This document shows, piece after piece, positions 34,738-43,387 of a stretch of 64,000 nt of DNA. The stretch is taken from NCBI GenBank assembly GCA_964620925.1, contig CAZUKL010000003.1, positions 4,230-68,229 of the forward strand, given 5' to 3'. The notes under the pieces are model-generated. The model saw only the letters and a list, made by a program, of their open reading frames with translations, ran no database searches and was not told where the DNA came from. The stretch's first letter is position 1, and each line of letters starts with the position of its first letter. The position numbers and the translations under genes were made by a program. Source of the stretch: an uncultured Gammaproteobacteria bacterium. GTDB lineage: Bacteria; Patescibacteriota; Microgenomatia; UBA1406; GWC2-37-13.

Positions 34738-35021
34738 AGATAGAGTCCAAAAAGATAACGCGCTGGTTGCATCTCGCCATATGCAAAATCAACGGGAAAA
34801 GGGAGCTCGCACTCCCCACAGGTGATGCTCGTTTGGTAGTAGGAGACGAATGCTTCTTTGGCTTGAGTTGACTCACTACTCTCATCAGTCACCAGCTCTG
34901 CATCACGCAGGAGGTCCACCGGAGTCACGGTGAATGAATGTTCGCAGTTTGGACAGGTCACCGATACATCGGTTTTGTTCACTGTGGTTTCGATGCCATC
35001 GGCGAGGAGTGAGAGCTTCAT
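34734..35021 (-). CDS. Small zinc-ribbon protein (two CxxC pairs)
   Basis: CPNCEH...CGECEL. 4-nt overlap with the downstream DUF1697 gene. Start uncertain (35021 or 35078). Confidence 0.4.
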   Translation of the reverse strand: MKLSLLADGIETTVNKTDVSVTCPNCEHSFTVTPVDLLRDAELVTDESSESTQAKEAFVSYYQTSITCGECELPFPVDFAYGEMQPARYLFGLYL

Positions 35022-35169
35022 GGTGATATATTTTACCTGACGCCTACTCATATGCGTGTATAATCGCCAGATGGACAAGATGCATTCAATCGAGCAGATT
35101 CTCTCCCCGCTCTCTTGATAAAAGAGTTGATGAGTGTCATTTCAGACACGGATCATTGAAGCAAAGCAG

Positions 35170-35586
35170 TTATATACTCATATTGATAAACTCTTTCACT
35201 CCTGGAAGTGCATCGAGATTGAGCACATCATTTTTATTCACCCATTGCACATCACTAATATGATGATCGTGTGTATTCTTATGACTATTCTCAATTGGCG
35301 TACATCGATAGCAAAATACGACCGTGTGTTGCTCGACATCGTCATAGCGCCAGATGCTCATATGCGATCGGGGCAGTAGCGTGTTCACCGCTACTCGATA
35401 TCCAGTCTCTTCATATATCTCACGTTTGAGCGCTTCTTCTGCTGACTCTCCAAATGCTACCTTTCCACCGGGCAACTCCCACTTGTGGTGTGCACCAGAG
35501 AGCTCGGGTTCATTGCGCTTGGTCATCAGTATCTTACCCACATCAGATATCACCAGACCTACGACAACAAAGATAGTTTTTTGCAT
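35170..35586 (-). CDS. NUDIX hydrolase (MutT-like)
   Basis: Nudix box GGKVAFGESAEEALKREIYEETG. Confidence 0.8.
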   Translation of the reverse strand: MQKTIFVVVGLVISDVGKILMTKRNEPELSGAHHKWELPGGKVAFGESAEEALKREIYEETGYRVAVNTLLPRSHMSIWRYDDVEQHTVVFCYRCTPIENSHKNTHDHHISDVQWVNKNDVLNLDALPGVKEFINMSI

Positions 35587-35868
35587 ACGAACATTATAAA
35601 CTCGTGTCTTTTAGTATTACTACTGATATGAAACAAAGAAATAGTACTATCACACTCATTTTTAACGAGTGGGGCGACTAGATTCCTCGCAGGGGCAACA
35701 AAGGAGAACCATATGAAGCTTCTATACGAATATGACGCGACATAGGTCTCGCGATTATGCTTTTGAGGTAGTGCGTTATGACCTTTGGGGACATGGCAGA
35801 TCAGTGGCGATTGCTTGAAAGCACAACCTGTTTGCATGTACATTTGCTTGTCCCTGTATAATCGCCGT

Positions 35869-36294
35869 ATGGACATGACACACTTTATTGTCATAATGAT
35901 TTTTAATGGTGCAGGTGAAATCGCGCTCCAGCAGCGTGCCGCGGCAGATACACGCAACCCACTGCACTGGGACTTTTCAGTCGGCGGACATATGGAGCCA
36001 GACGAAGATCAGTACATGGCTGCTGCACGAGAGCTTCGTGAGGAGCTGGGGATTGAGGCACAGCTTTTATCCCATGGCGTCGAGTACTACAACATGCGCG
36101 GTGTGTTTCACTTATTCAGCTGTCTCCACTCAGGACCATTTCATATCGATCCTGTCGAGGTATGTGAAATGAGATTTTTTTCGCACGGTGCTATCCAAGA
36201 TATGATGGATAGAAACGATCGCATCACTCCCCCATTTCGAGACTTTTGGAAGAGAAAGATCATACAGAGCATGTACAACTCTATAAAGACATGA
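35869..36294 (+). CDS. NUDIX hydrolase
   Basis: GGHMEPDEDQYMAAARELREELGI. Start at the ATG at 35869. Confidence 0.7.
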   Translation: MDMTHFIVIMIFNGAGEIALQQRAAADTRNPLHWDFSVGGHMEPDEDQYMAAARELREELGIEAQLLSHGVEYYNMRGVFHLFSCLHSGPFHIDPVEVCEMRFFSHGAIQDMMDRNDRITPPFRDFWKRKIIQSMYNSIKT

Positions 36295-36336
36295 TTCATT
36301 TCTGTATACTAACCCTACTAAAACTTTTAATCCTTT

Positions 36337-36708
36337 ATGAAAAATCAAAAAATCATCTTCTGGGTGTCGACAGGGATCTTATTTTTATTTGAGGGAGTGA
36401 TGCCTGCACTGACCGGCAACTCTGATATGTCAAAACAAGCCATGATGCACCTCGGCTATCCTGCATACTTTGGACCATTTCTCACTGTCATGAAAGTGTT
36501 GGGCGCGCTCGCACTGATCATCCCCCAAGTCCCTCCGCGAGTCAAAGAGTGGGCATACGCTGGGATAGGCTTCACCCTCATCGCTGCGCTGGTGAGCAAC
36601 ATCGCGGTGGACGGACTGCAGATCGGCATGGTGGTGTTTGTGGGTGTGGTATTTGCGATCCTTGCCGCATCGTACATGAGCTACCACAAAATCCATCATC
36701 TGAAGTAA
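36337..36708 (+). CDS. DoxX-like membrane protein
   Basis: 123 aa with four TM helices. The pattern resembles the DoxX-like family. Confidence 0.55.
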   Translation: MKNQKIIFWVSTGILFLFEGVMPALTGNSDMSKQAMMHLGYPAYFGPFLTVMKVLGALALIIPQVPPRVKEWAYAGIGFTLIAALVSNIAVDGLQIGMVVFVGVVFAILAASYMSYHKIHHLK

Positions 36709-36854
36709 GGGGCTTGTTTATCTTTGGAGATTGATTTGTTTTGCAAGCGATGGCACTAATCACAGTCCCTCTTATTTGGGCTGAAAAGTATATTTAGATT
36801 GCCAAAACAAGCTAATCTACACGTAGAACAATACCACGTTATAAGTTGGGGATT

Positions 36855-37445
36855 TCATGCTTTAGAAAGTGGTTTTGTTGAACCTGCTGGCCCCTGCGGA
36901 GGAGTACCTTGGTCAGTTTCTGTTGGTTGACCGGCCGCCAATAAAGGGTTCATGCTTATTTCTACAGTCACTATCTGCTTCCCATTTGGTGGCCACGTGT
37001 GTGTAAATGTATACACTTCAGCACCTTGAAAAAGTACAAATTTTTCTGATCCTCCTGCCTCCTTTCCGAAATATCTTAACTTCAGATCTATTGCTGTTCT
37101 GAGACCCATTATGTTACTCAGTTCCATCTGTGGTGAATACGAAGTTCCACCATAAACGCTTTCTGCTGCTCCTGGAGCCACCAATCCCCACCCATCAAAA
37201 TTTTGTCCTTTTGCAGGGCGTTCATAATGGTGGACCAAGAGGTTATGCGCTTTTACGAGAGAGTTCCATATCTCAAGCATTTGGTTTTCATTTTGCGTTT
37301 GATCAATGGATTTGAGGGTTTTTAGTATTTCACTAATGAACTGGTTTAGCTCAGATGTTAACTTACCCATCTCAGCGGTTCGAGTATAAAATGGGTCTGC
37401 GTTATGTTGGCCTTCTTCGGGAGTCATGGGTATATGGTACAACAA
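36855..37445 (-). CDS. Hypothetical protein (196 aa)
   Basis: Clean ORF, no motif. Confidence 0.4.
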   Translation of the reverse strand: MLYHIPMTPEEGQHNADPFYTRTAEMGKLTSELNQFISEILKTLKSIDQTQNENQMLEIWNSLVKAHNLLVHHYERPAKGQNFDGWGLVAPGAAESVYGGTSYSPQMELSNIMGLRTAIDLKLRYFGKEAGGSEKFVLFQGAEVYTFTHTWPPNGKQIVTVEISMNPLLAAGQPTETDQGTPPQGPAGSTKPLSKA

Positions 37446-37602
37446 CGGGGAGGGCTTCTCATCTGATGTTATCTCTCCAGCTCACTTCTTCCTCGCATTT
37501 GCTCATTCGCCCGCGCACACGGTGCCAGCCACAGCTTGTGTGTGTCATATTGTTGGAGTGTGATCAGGTTTAGCCTAATATTCTAGCGTCTATAATCCTT
37601 CC

Positions 37603-38892
37603 ATGATCGAATCTCTGATTGGGTTTGTGCGGAAATATACATCTGTATTGATTTGGCTCTTCGCCGCTCTCCTTCCTACTCAGTTGGGTCTCCATCTCTG
37701 GCCATCATGGTCCTATGTAGAGGGACTGCGCGTGGACTACCTCGCACCCACCCTCACCTTACTTGATATCGTACTTGGGCTGACACTGCTCGCTCTCTGG
37801 ACAACTGGCGCTCTCGCCAGACCAACGAGTCACCGCTCCATCAGAGCAATCCTCCTCATCGGGATGGGGATGGTTGTCAATGTGTTTTTTTCATCGCTTC
37901 CCTTTCTGACACTGAGCAGATGGATAAAAATCATCATGGCAGGATGGGTGTTTGCTTCAATACTCAATGAAAAGCGGTATCAGAAAGCTGTAGTGCTGGG
38001 ATTGGTGAGCGCGAGCTGTGTACAGCTCGCGCTCGTGTTGCAACAATTTTTTACTCAGGGAGCCATCCAGGGAGGATGGTATTGGTTGGGTGAGCGTGCC
38101 ATCTATCCATGGATGCCCGACATCGCACAGCTCTCGATAAATGGCACACAATTTATGCGTCCCTACGGCACGTTTTCGCATCCAAATGCGATGGGGGGGT
38201 TTTTCCTCTGTGTGCATTTTTTCTTGTGGTATACACAGCACAAATCATCCCCTGCGGGAAAGCCGTGGTCACTCGTGTGCATCCTGGGTACATTTACAAG
38301 CTCACTGTTAGTCTGTATATCGTTTTCAAAGGCAGCTATCGGTACATTTACACTCATACATATCTTGTTGGTATTTCGTGATCCTGCATATAGGTGGTGC
38401 AAGCTCTGTCTTATAGCGCGCCCACTCATGCTCATCGCGGTGTGTCTCATATTTATGCAGGGACAAGGAGATCTCTACTCTGTCGAGAAGCGATGGGCGC
38501 TCCTGTCCCACGCTATGCAAGTCATCCTCCCACATCTCGTGACGGGCACGGGTCTAGGTGCATCTGTCGCGACAATGGCTGGGGTATATTTTCATGCGAT
38601 CCCCCTCTATCAGCCTGTGCATCAGATCGGAGTGCTCTGGTTTGCAGAAACGGGACTGGTGGGAGTGGTCGTGGTGATATACCTGATCGGGTTATATGCG
38701 ACTAGGTTTGATCGCTCGTGGGGAGCGTTGGCACCGCTTGCCGCGGTGGTTCTGACAGGACTTGGAGACCACTATTGGCTGACACAATTGCAGAATATAT
38801 ATTTGTTTATATTGGTAATAATATGGCATTTATCCCTCCATGACAGTCAAAATGATGGTAAAATGGATGAGCGTAAGGAAGGGAAAACCTAA
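37603..38892 (+). CDS. O-antigen ligase / Wzy-like polytopic membrane protein
   Basis: At least 10 TM helices with a central loop (RPYGTFSHPNAMGGF) typical of the Wzy_C/O-antigen ligase family. TATAAT lies 6 nt upstream of the ATG. Confidence 0.6.
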   Translation: MIESLIGFVRKYTSVLIWLFAALLPTQLGLHLWPSWSYVEGLRVDYLAPTLTLLDIVLGLTLLALWTTGALARPTSHRSIRAILLIGMGMVVNVFFSSLPFLTLSRWIKIIMAGWVFASILNEKRYQKAVVLGLVSASCVQLALVLQQFFTQGAIQGGWYWLGERAIYPWMPDIAQLSINGTQFMRPYGTFSHPNAMGGFFLCVHFFLWYTQHKSSPAGKPWSLVCILGTFTSSLLVCISFSKAAIGTFTLIHILLVFRDPAYRWCKLCLIARPLMLIAVCLIFMQGQGDLYSVEKRWALLSHAMQVILPHLVTGTGLGASVATMAGVYFHAIPLYQPVHQIGVLWFAETGLVGVVVVIYLIGLYATRFDRSWGALAPLAAVVLTGLGDHYWLTQLQNIYLFILVIIWHLSLHDSQNDGKMDERKEGKT

Positions 38893-38937
38893 GACTTAAA
38901 ACTTAAGTTTTAATTTAGCCTTTAGCCTTATTTTATG

Positions 38938-38978
38938 TGCCTTGTCGCTTGCCAGCCGGAGAGGTTGGTCTAACGGTA
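38938..38978 (+). pseudogene. 5' fragment of tRNA-Gln interrupted by a 21-nt hairpin module
   Basis: TGCCTTGTCG + CTTGCCAGCCGGAGAGGTTGG + TCTAACGGTA equals nt 1-10 and 11-20 of the intact tRNA-Gln at 39250. The 3 nt upstream (ATG) are also duplicated. Confidence 0.75.
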
Positions 38979-38995
38979 ATCATGTGGTCCTATCT

Positions 38996-39249
38996 ATGTT
39001 TTATACTTACGTACTCATGAGTAAAAAAATGATGCGTTATATGTTGGAAGTACAAATGATGTCAAGCGTCGACTTGAAGAACACAATAAGGGTATAGGTG
39101 GCGAGTATACGAGGAAAAATAGGCCATTTATTATTATATTTTATGAGGCATTTCTATCAAAAAATGATGCCCAAAGGTAAGAGATGTTCTATAAGTCGGG
39201 CTATCGAAAGGAAGTTCTTCGCGAGAAAATTAAGGATAGTTTGAAGATG
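38996..39249 (+). pseudogene. Decayed GIY-YIG nuclease gene (frameshift plus in-frame TAA) abutting tRNA-Gln
   Basis: MFYTYVLMSKK, then after a frame change in the A-run DALYVGSTNDVKRRLEEHNKGIGGEYTRKNRPFIIIFYEAFLSKNDAQR*EMFYKSGYRKEVLREKIKDSLKM. This is the GIY-YIG/UPF0213 pattern. Confidence 0.7.
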
Positions 39250-39320
39250 TGCCTTGTCGTCTAACGGTAGGACAACAGACTCTGAATCTGTTTATCGGGG
39301 TTCAAATCCCTGCGAGGCAG
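39250..39320 (+). tRNA. tRNA-Gln (anticodon CTG)
   Basis: Hand-folded. Acceptor TGCCTTG/CGAGGCA (U1-A72), D arm GTCT-AACGGTA-GGAC. Anticodon arm ACAGA-CTCTGAA-TCTGT. T arm CGGGG-TTCAAAT-CCCTG, discriminator G. Confidence 0.9.
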
Positions 39321-39445
39321 CAAAATCGGAATGACTTCGTGAGACTTAAGGAGAAATAGCCGCGAACTCTTCGGGTTCGAACAGATTATGCTTGTTGGAC
39401 TACTTTCAATGAGCAGTATGAGCCGCTCGTTTACGGCATGTATTT

Positions 39446-40447
39446 ATGAAAATGAAACTAACGAAACCACCTATTCCAATTTTATGGTTGGATACATGGT
39501 TTATTATTGACCTCACAAAAGCACTAAATGGAGAAAGGTCTCAGATCGGAAAAGAAAACGCAGAGAAAATATTCGACTTGGTTGTTAATTTAACAAAACA
39601 GAAGAAGCTAATATGTCCTGAGGGAGACCAGGGGATTGAGATTGAAGATGGTGGTAGGCTCATTGAGGAAGCTCGTAAATTCCAGACACAACTCTCACAA
39701 GGCATATCATTACATTTTTGGGCAGGTGTTGAACACCAACAGATCCAGAGAATGATGAAAGCCGTAATAGAAAAAGATAAATCGGTTGAATTCCCATGGG
39801 AAGGTATCTTTACCCGAGATTTGATTGAAGATATCGAACGCAAAGATCCATATATCGTGAGTGTTCATATCGACCCAAGACCTGAAGAGCTAAAAAAACG
39901 TCAAGATATAAATAAATCAGTTTCAACGGATTGGGAAAAACTGAGACAGGATGCATTAAAATCTAAACAAAGTTACTCAGAAAGACTTCAAATAGAGTTC
40001 AAGGGGATAGCAGATGCAATTGTGCATGTAATGGCAAATGCAGCAGCGAAAACTATTCACAAAATGCCACTTTCAGATGATGAATACTCACAGCTAACTG
40101 CTGTAGCAGGAACACCGCTTTCATGGTGGGAGCATTACTCTGGGAAACAGGATGTGCTAAATGATGTGTTGAAGTTCTATCGATCTCCTGAATACTCACT
40201 CATCCCATATGTTGATGTTAGTACTCGTTTACTCTCGGAGTTAATCACAGGAAATGAAGTTATCCAGCCAAGTGATGTTATGGATATTCATCATATTGCA
40301 ACTGTTTTACCATATGCAACGTATATCGTTCCCGATAAAAAAATAAAAAATAGAATCGAGGGGAAGAAGACAAATCTTGCTAAAGACTATCCATGTGAAA
40401 TATTAAAATGGCAAAATGTTTTGCCATTGCTCGAAAAACTTGCATGA
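39446..40447 (+). CDS. Hypothetical protein, possibly PIN-like nuclease fold with a large insert
   Basis: The N-terminal ILWLDTWFIIDL and C-terminal SDVMDIHHIATVLPYATYIVPDKK resemble the first and last acidic motifs of PIN domains. Weak. Confidence 0.3.
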   Translation: MKMKLTKPPIPILWLDTWFIIDLTKALNGERSQIGKENAEKIFDLVVNLTKQKKLICPEGDQGIEIEDGGRLIEEARKFQTQLSQGISLHFWAGVEHQQIQRMMKAVIEKDKSVEFPWEGIFTRDLIEDIERKDPYIVSVHIDPRPEELKKRQDINKSVSTDWEKLRQDALKSKQSYSERLQIEFKGIADAIVHVMANAAAKTIHKMPLSDDEYSQLTAVAGTPLSWWEHYSGKQDVLNDVLKFYRSPEYSLIPYVDVSTRLLSELITGNEVIQPSDVMDIHHIATVLPYATYIVPDKKIKNRIEGKKTNLAKDYPCEILKWQNVLPLLEKLA

Positions 40448-41355
40448 TTACATATAGAAACCTCGTTGATAAATCAATAAAAGTTGAAAAGCTTTTACTA
40501 GAAAATAAAATAATCGATTCTCCAATTAAAGGACGTTTTAAACGTTATCAAGGTATGGTTTCCTCGCTCAGAGATAGCTGGGAAGCAAAGACAATGGATC
40601 AATTTTGGAAGTCTTCCAAGGGCGATGAGCTGGGATTTGCTCTCAAAGAATTACATGAGTTATCAGATATTCTTGAACAAATAATGGCCTCTTTTGACTC
40701 TCTATCAGACACAAGTAAAAAGTTTATAAAAGAGAAAATGCCAATCATTCTTTCTGGAACTAATTTTACTGTCGATGAGAATTCAGCGAATAGCGCAGCT
40801 CGGAATTATCAATTTGAACTCCGTTTAGCGAGCAAGTTTGCTCAAGCAAAATACAAAAATATTGCTTTTGCTGAGCATCCAGATCTTTTAGTTACGGTTG
40901 AGAGTAAACCGTATGCTTATGAGTGTAAACGAATATTTGGCAATCCTGAGACTAAAATTCAATCAAATATAGAGACTGGGTTAAAACAGCTTGAGAGAAA
41001 TAAAGACTCATACTTCTCGGGAGTGGTCGCTTTGGATCTCTCTCCGCAATATGAACTAGGAAAGAATTGGTTGATAGCCAAATCCCGAGAGGAAGCGAAC
41101 ACTATTGCTTTAGATTCATTAGAAAAAGTTGCAAATACAATACATTCCAGAATCTATAAAGTCAGAGAAGCTGCAACAAATGGATATTTAGCTGGAATAA
41201 TCCTCAATTTATCTACTGTTTATGTAATTTCTAGCAATAATGAATTTGGGTGGGTACAAGAAATAGGAGTTTTGGTCTTTGCTAAAGAAAATCCATCCAA
41301 AGCAATGCAGTTTCTGAATGATATGAAAGAATTAGAGAAGTACGCTATTCAGTAA
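40444..41355 (+). CDS. Hypothetical protein with PD-(D/E)xK-like motif
   Basis: HPDLLVTVESKPYAYECKRI (D...E-x-K). ATGA overlap with the upstream gene suggests translational coupling. Confidence 0.35.
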   Translation: MITYRNLVDKSIKVEKLLLENKIIDSPIKGRFKRYQGMVSSLRDSWEAKTMDQFWKSSKGDELGFALKELHELSDILEQIMASFDSLSDTSKKFIKEKMPIILSGTNFTVDENSANSAARNYQFELRLASKFAQAKYKNIAFAEHPDLLVTVESKPYAYECKRIFGNPETKIQSNIETGLKQLERNKDSYFSGVVALDLSPQYELGKNWLIAKSREEANTIALDSLEKVANTIHSRIYKVREAATNGYLAGIILNLSTVYVISSNNEFGWVQEIGVLVFAKENPSKAMQFLNDMKELEKYAIQ

Positions 41356-41821
41356 ATCGGGCGATTAAATTAATATAATCTTCTTTAGCCTCATGTTTTG
41401 CCTGATCTAATGCTTTCTGTAAATCAACTTTCATCGCTGCATCTTGAGTATTGTCTATCCACTCAACCCAAATCCGAACAATATCACTAACGAACCAGTG
41501 TGGCTTCTCATTCAGATGCACGCCACCCACTACATTTGCTCCGCCATTCCTTGAGCCATCATCATCCACATGCATCACATAATTATTTAACGGTTCACGC
41601 CAATCATTATTGTATTCCGTCATATTAAATCCACTATTGTTATTTAGAAGCTGTTTCCCATTATTGTAAAGAAAGCTATACAAACTTCGTGCGTGAAGAT
41701 AAATAGAATCTTTAAAGTAATTAACTGTGTTATCAGGCTGATGTTCTTCAAAGAGGCTTAACAATCTATCTGCTCCTAAAAGCAATCTCAGTTCATAGGT
41801 AATATCATCAAGTTTTTTCAT
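41345..41821 (-). CDS. Hypothetical protein (about 158 aa)
   Basis: ORF convergent with 40444-41355. No motif. Start at MKKLDD. Confidence 0.35.
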   Translation of the reverse strand: MKKLDDITYELRLLLGADRLLSLFEEHQPDNTVNYFKDSIYLHARSLYSFLYNNGKQLLNNNSGFNMTEYNNDWREPLNNYVMHVDDDGSRNGGANVVGGVHLNEKPHWFVSDIVRIWVEWIDNTQDAAMKVDLQKALDQAKHEAKEDYINLIARFTE

Positions 41822-41949
41822 AATGTATGTTAAAAAAGATAACGTAAAAGTCAAACACTTTCTAGGCATGCGATGCGAGTCACAACATTGATTTTTACAC
41901 CTGGATTTGCTACAATACTCTCAGGTCATTGCGGAGCGATGGCCTATTT

Positions 41950-42678
41950 TTATGGGTAAATAATCAAGTCACCTGTGGCAATCTTCTTTTGAATCACTTC
42001 ATACGACACCTCATGACCTGCCTCTTTCTTCTTTTTACCTAGGAAATTTCTGCCAATTGGAGTAACAATGAGGTCAATAAGTTGTAAGCCACTAATATTT
42101 GCCTTTTTATCTTTGAGTACAAACTCTTCGACTTTATTAGATACATCAGCACCGCTGAACTGCTCAGTTCCTGCATTCTTAGCGCGTAAGAATTCAAGTT
42201 CGATTTTGATATTCTCGGTATTATCTCGTTTTTCTGGATAAATTTTACAATTTTGGTCCTGGCAACGCATTAGGATACGATCAAGTAGTAAGTTGAGAGA
42301 GTAAATATACGGATCAACTGCGTTTGCGCCCACTTGTACCCAAAGCTCGCTCTTTCTGATAAGACATGTGACAATTTCAAAGTCTGTTGCTTCAATTAAT
42401 AGATTAATCTCAGTATAGAACCGTTTTCTAAAATCAGGATTATTAAATTTATCATTTAATATATTTTTGCTTTTATTAGGGCGGGTTATCTCTACGGTAT
42501 GAAGAATGATATCTTCTTCATTAAATAATTCTTTTTTTAGTAATTTCAGTCGATGATCCAACTGCTTATATTCACTCTCTGAGATGCACAGAGCACCTAA
42601 TACAAAGATATTGTATGGATCCTTTGCATGCAGATAGTTGAGATTGTGATTGCCACTTTCATCTATAAATACGAGCAT
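41950..42678 (-). CDS. DUF3800 family protein
   Basis: MLVFIDESGNHNL N-terminus (the IDESG motif) and a length typical of DUF3800. Confidence 0.6.
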   Translation of the reverse strand: MLVFIDESGNHNLNYLHAKDPYNIFVLGALCISESEYKQLDHRLKLLKKELFNEEDIILHTVEITRPNKSKNILNDKFNNPDFRKRFYTEINLLIEATDFEIVTCLIRKSELWVQVGANAVDPYIYSLNLLLDRILMRCQDQNCKIYPEKRDNTENIKIELEFLRAKNAGTEQFSGADVSNKVEEFVLKDKKANISGLQLIDLIVTPIGRNFLGKKKKEAGHEVSYEVIQKKIATGDLIIYP

Positions 42679-42778
42679 ATTGTGTGATTATACAGCTCAG
42701 TTCTGATAGTGTACATTCCCCGCAGCACATGATAGGAGAGACGGTAGTCGCCTCTTCGGCGACCCTCCGACGAGGAGG

Positions 42779-42830
42779 GGACAACAGACTCTGAATCTGT
42801 TTATCGGGGTTCAAATCCCTGCGAGGCAGC
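42779..42830 (+). repeat. attR-like direct repeat: 3' 52 nt of tRNA-Gln
   Basis: Identical to 39270-39321. Preceded by ACGGTAG and a 31-nt two-hairpin module (42748-42778). Confidence 0.85.
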
Positions 42831-43006
42831 CAACATTCGCTGAAGCCGCAATTGCGAAGCTGCGCACTCATTTTGTATACGCTGCAAATAGCGCGTCTAT
42901 CAACTGGCAAGTTCGGCGCATTCGCACAAACATGCCGAATGTTTTGACAACACTTCATTGTTCTGCTTATAATGAAGCCATCATTAGCATTTGATTGGCA
43001 GCTCAT

Positions 43007-43387
43007 ATGAGTATTCAAAAAAAGGTGCTTGTCGTCGAAGACGATTCATTTTTGAGTGATATCTACAAGTCAAAGCTCTCTCTCCAAAACTATGAGGTGA
43101 CCACTGCCTCAGACGGCCAAGAGGCACTAGTACTCGCAAATCAAATACACCCCGACCTCATCATCCTCGATGTCCTTCTTCCAAAAAAGAACGGGGTTGA
43201 TGTACTCAAGCAGCTAAAAAAAGGGAAAGGCACAAGAACAATCCCCGTCATTATAGCCTCAAACCTTGATAAAAGTATCCTGATGAGCAAAGGACTCAAT
43301 GACGGTGCAGCAGAGTGTTTTGTCAAAAGCGACATTTCACTTGAGGAGCTCATTGGAATTTGTAATAAGCATCTCCACGTAGCGTAG
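43007..43387 (+). CDS. Stand-alone response regulator receiver (CheY-like)
   Basis: VLVVEDD...DLIILDVLLPKKNG...IIASN...K pattern. Confidence 0.85.
   Translation: MSIQKKVLVVEDDSFLSDIYKSKLSLQNYEVTTASDGQEALVLANQIHPDLIILDVLLPKKNGVDVLKQLKKGKGTRTIPVIIASNLDKSILMSKGLNDGAAECFVKSDISLEELIGICNKHLHVA

Larger units (their letters stand above)
39270..42830. mobile_element. Integrase-less genomic island bounded by perfect 52-bp direct repeats of the tRNA-Gln 3' part
   Basis: 39270-39321 and 42779-42830 are identical (GGACAACAGACTCTGAATCTGTTTATCGGGGTTCAAATCCCTGCGAGGCAGC). The interior is visibly A+T-rich and holds four accessory genes. Confidence 0.8.

Noticed and set aside
38896-38913. Perfect 18-nt palindrome TTAAAACTTAAGTTTTAA after the O-antigen-ligase-like gene as a terminator
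   Set aside because: The stem is almost entirely A/T and has no following T-tract. It may be fortuitous in A+T-rich DNA.
42659-43018. 119-aa ORF spanning the tRNA-Gln attR repeat
   Set aside because: It reads through the tRNA-derived repeat and the hairpin module on the opposite strand and has no coding-like features. It is an artefact of the intergenic sequence.
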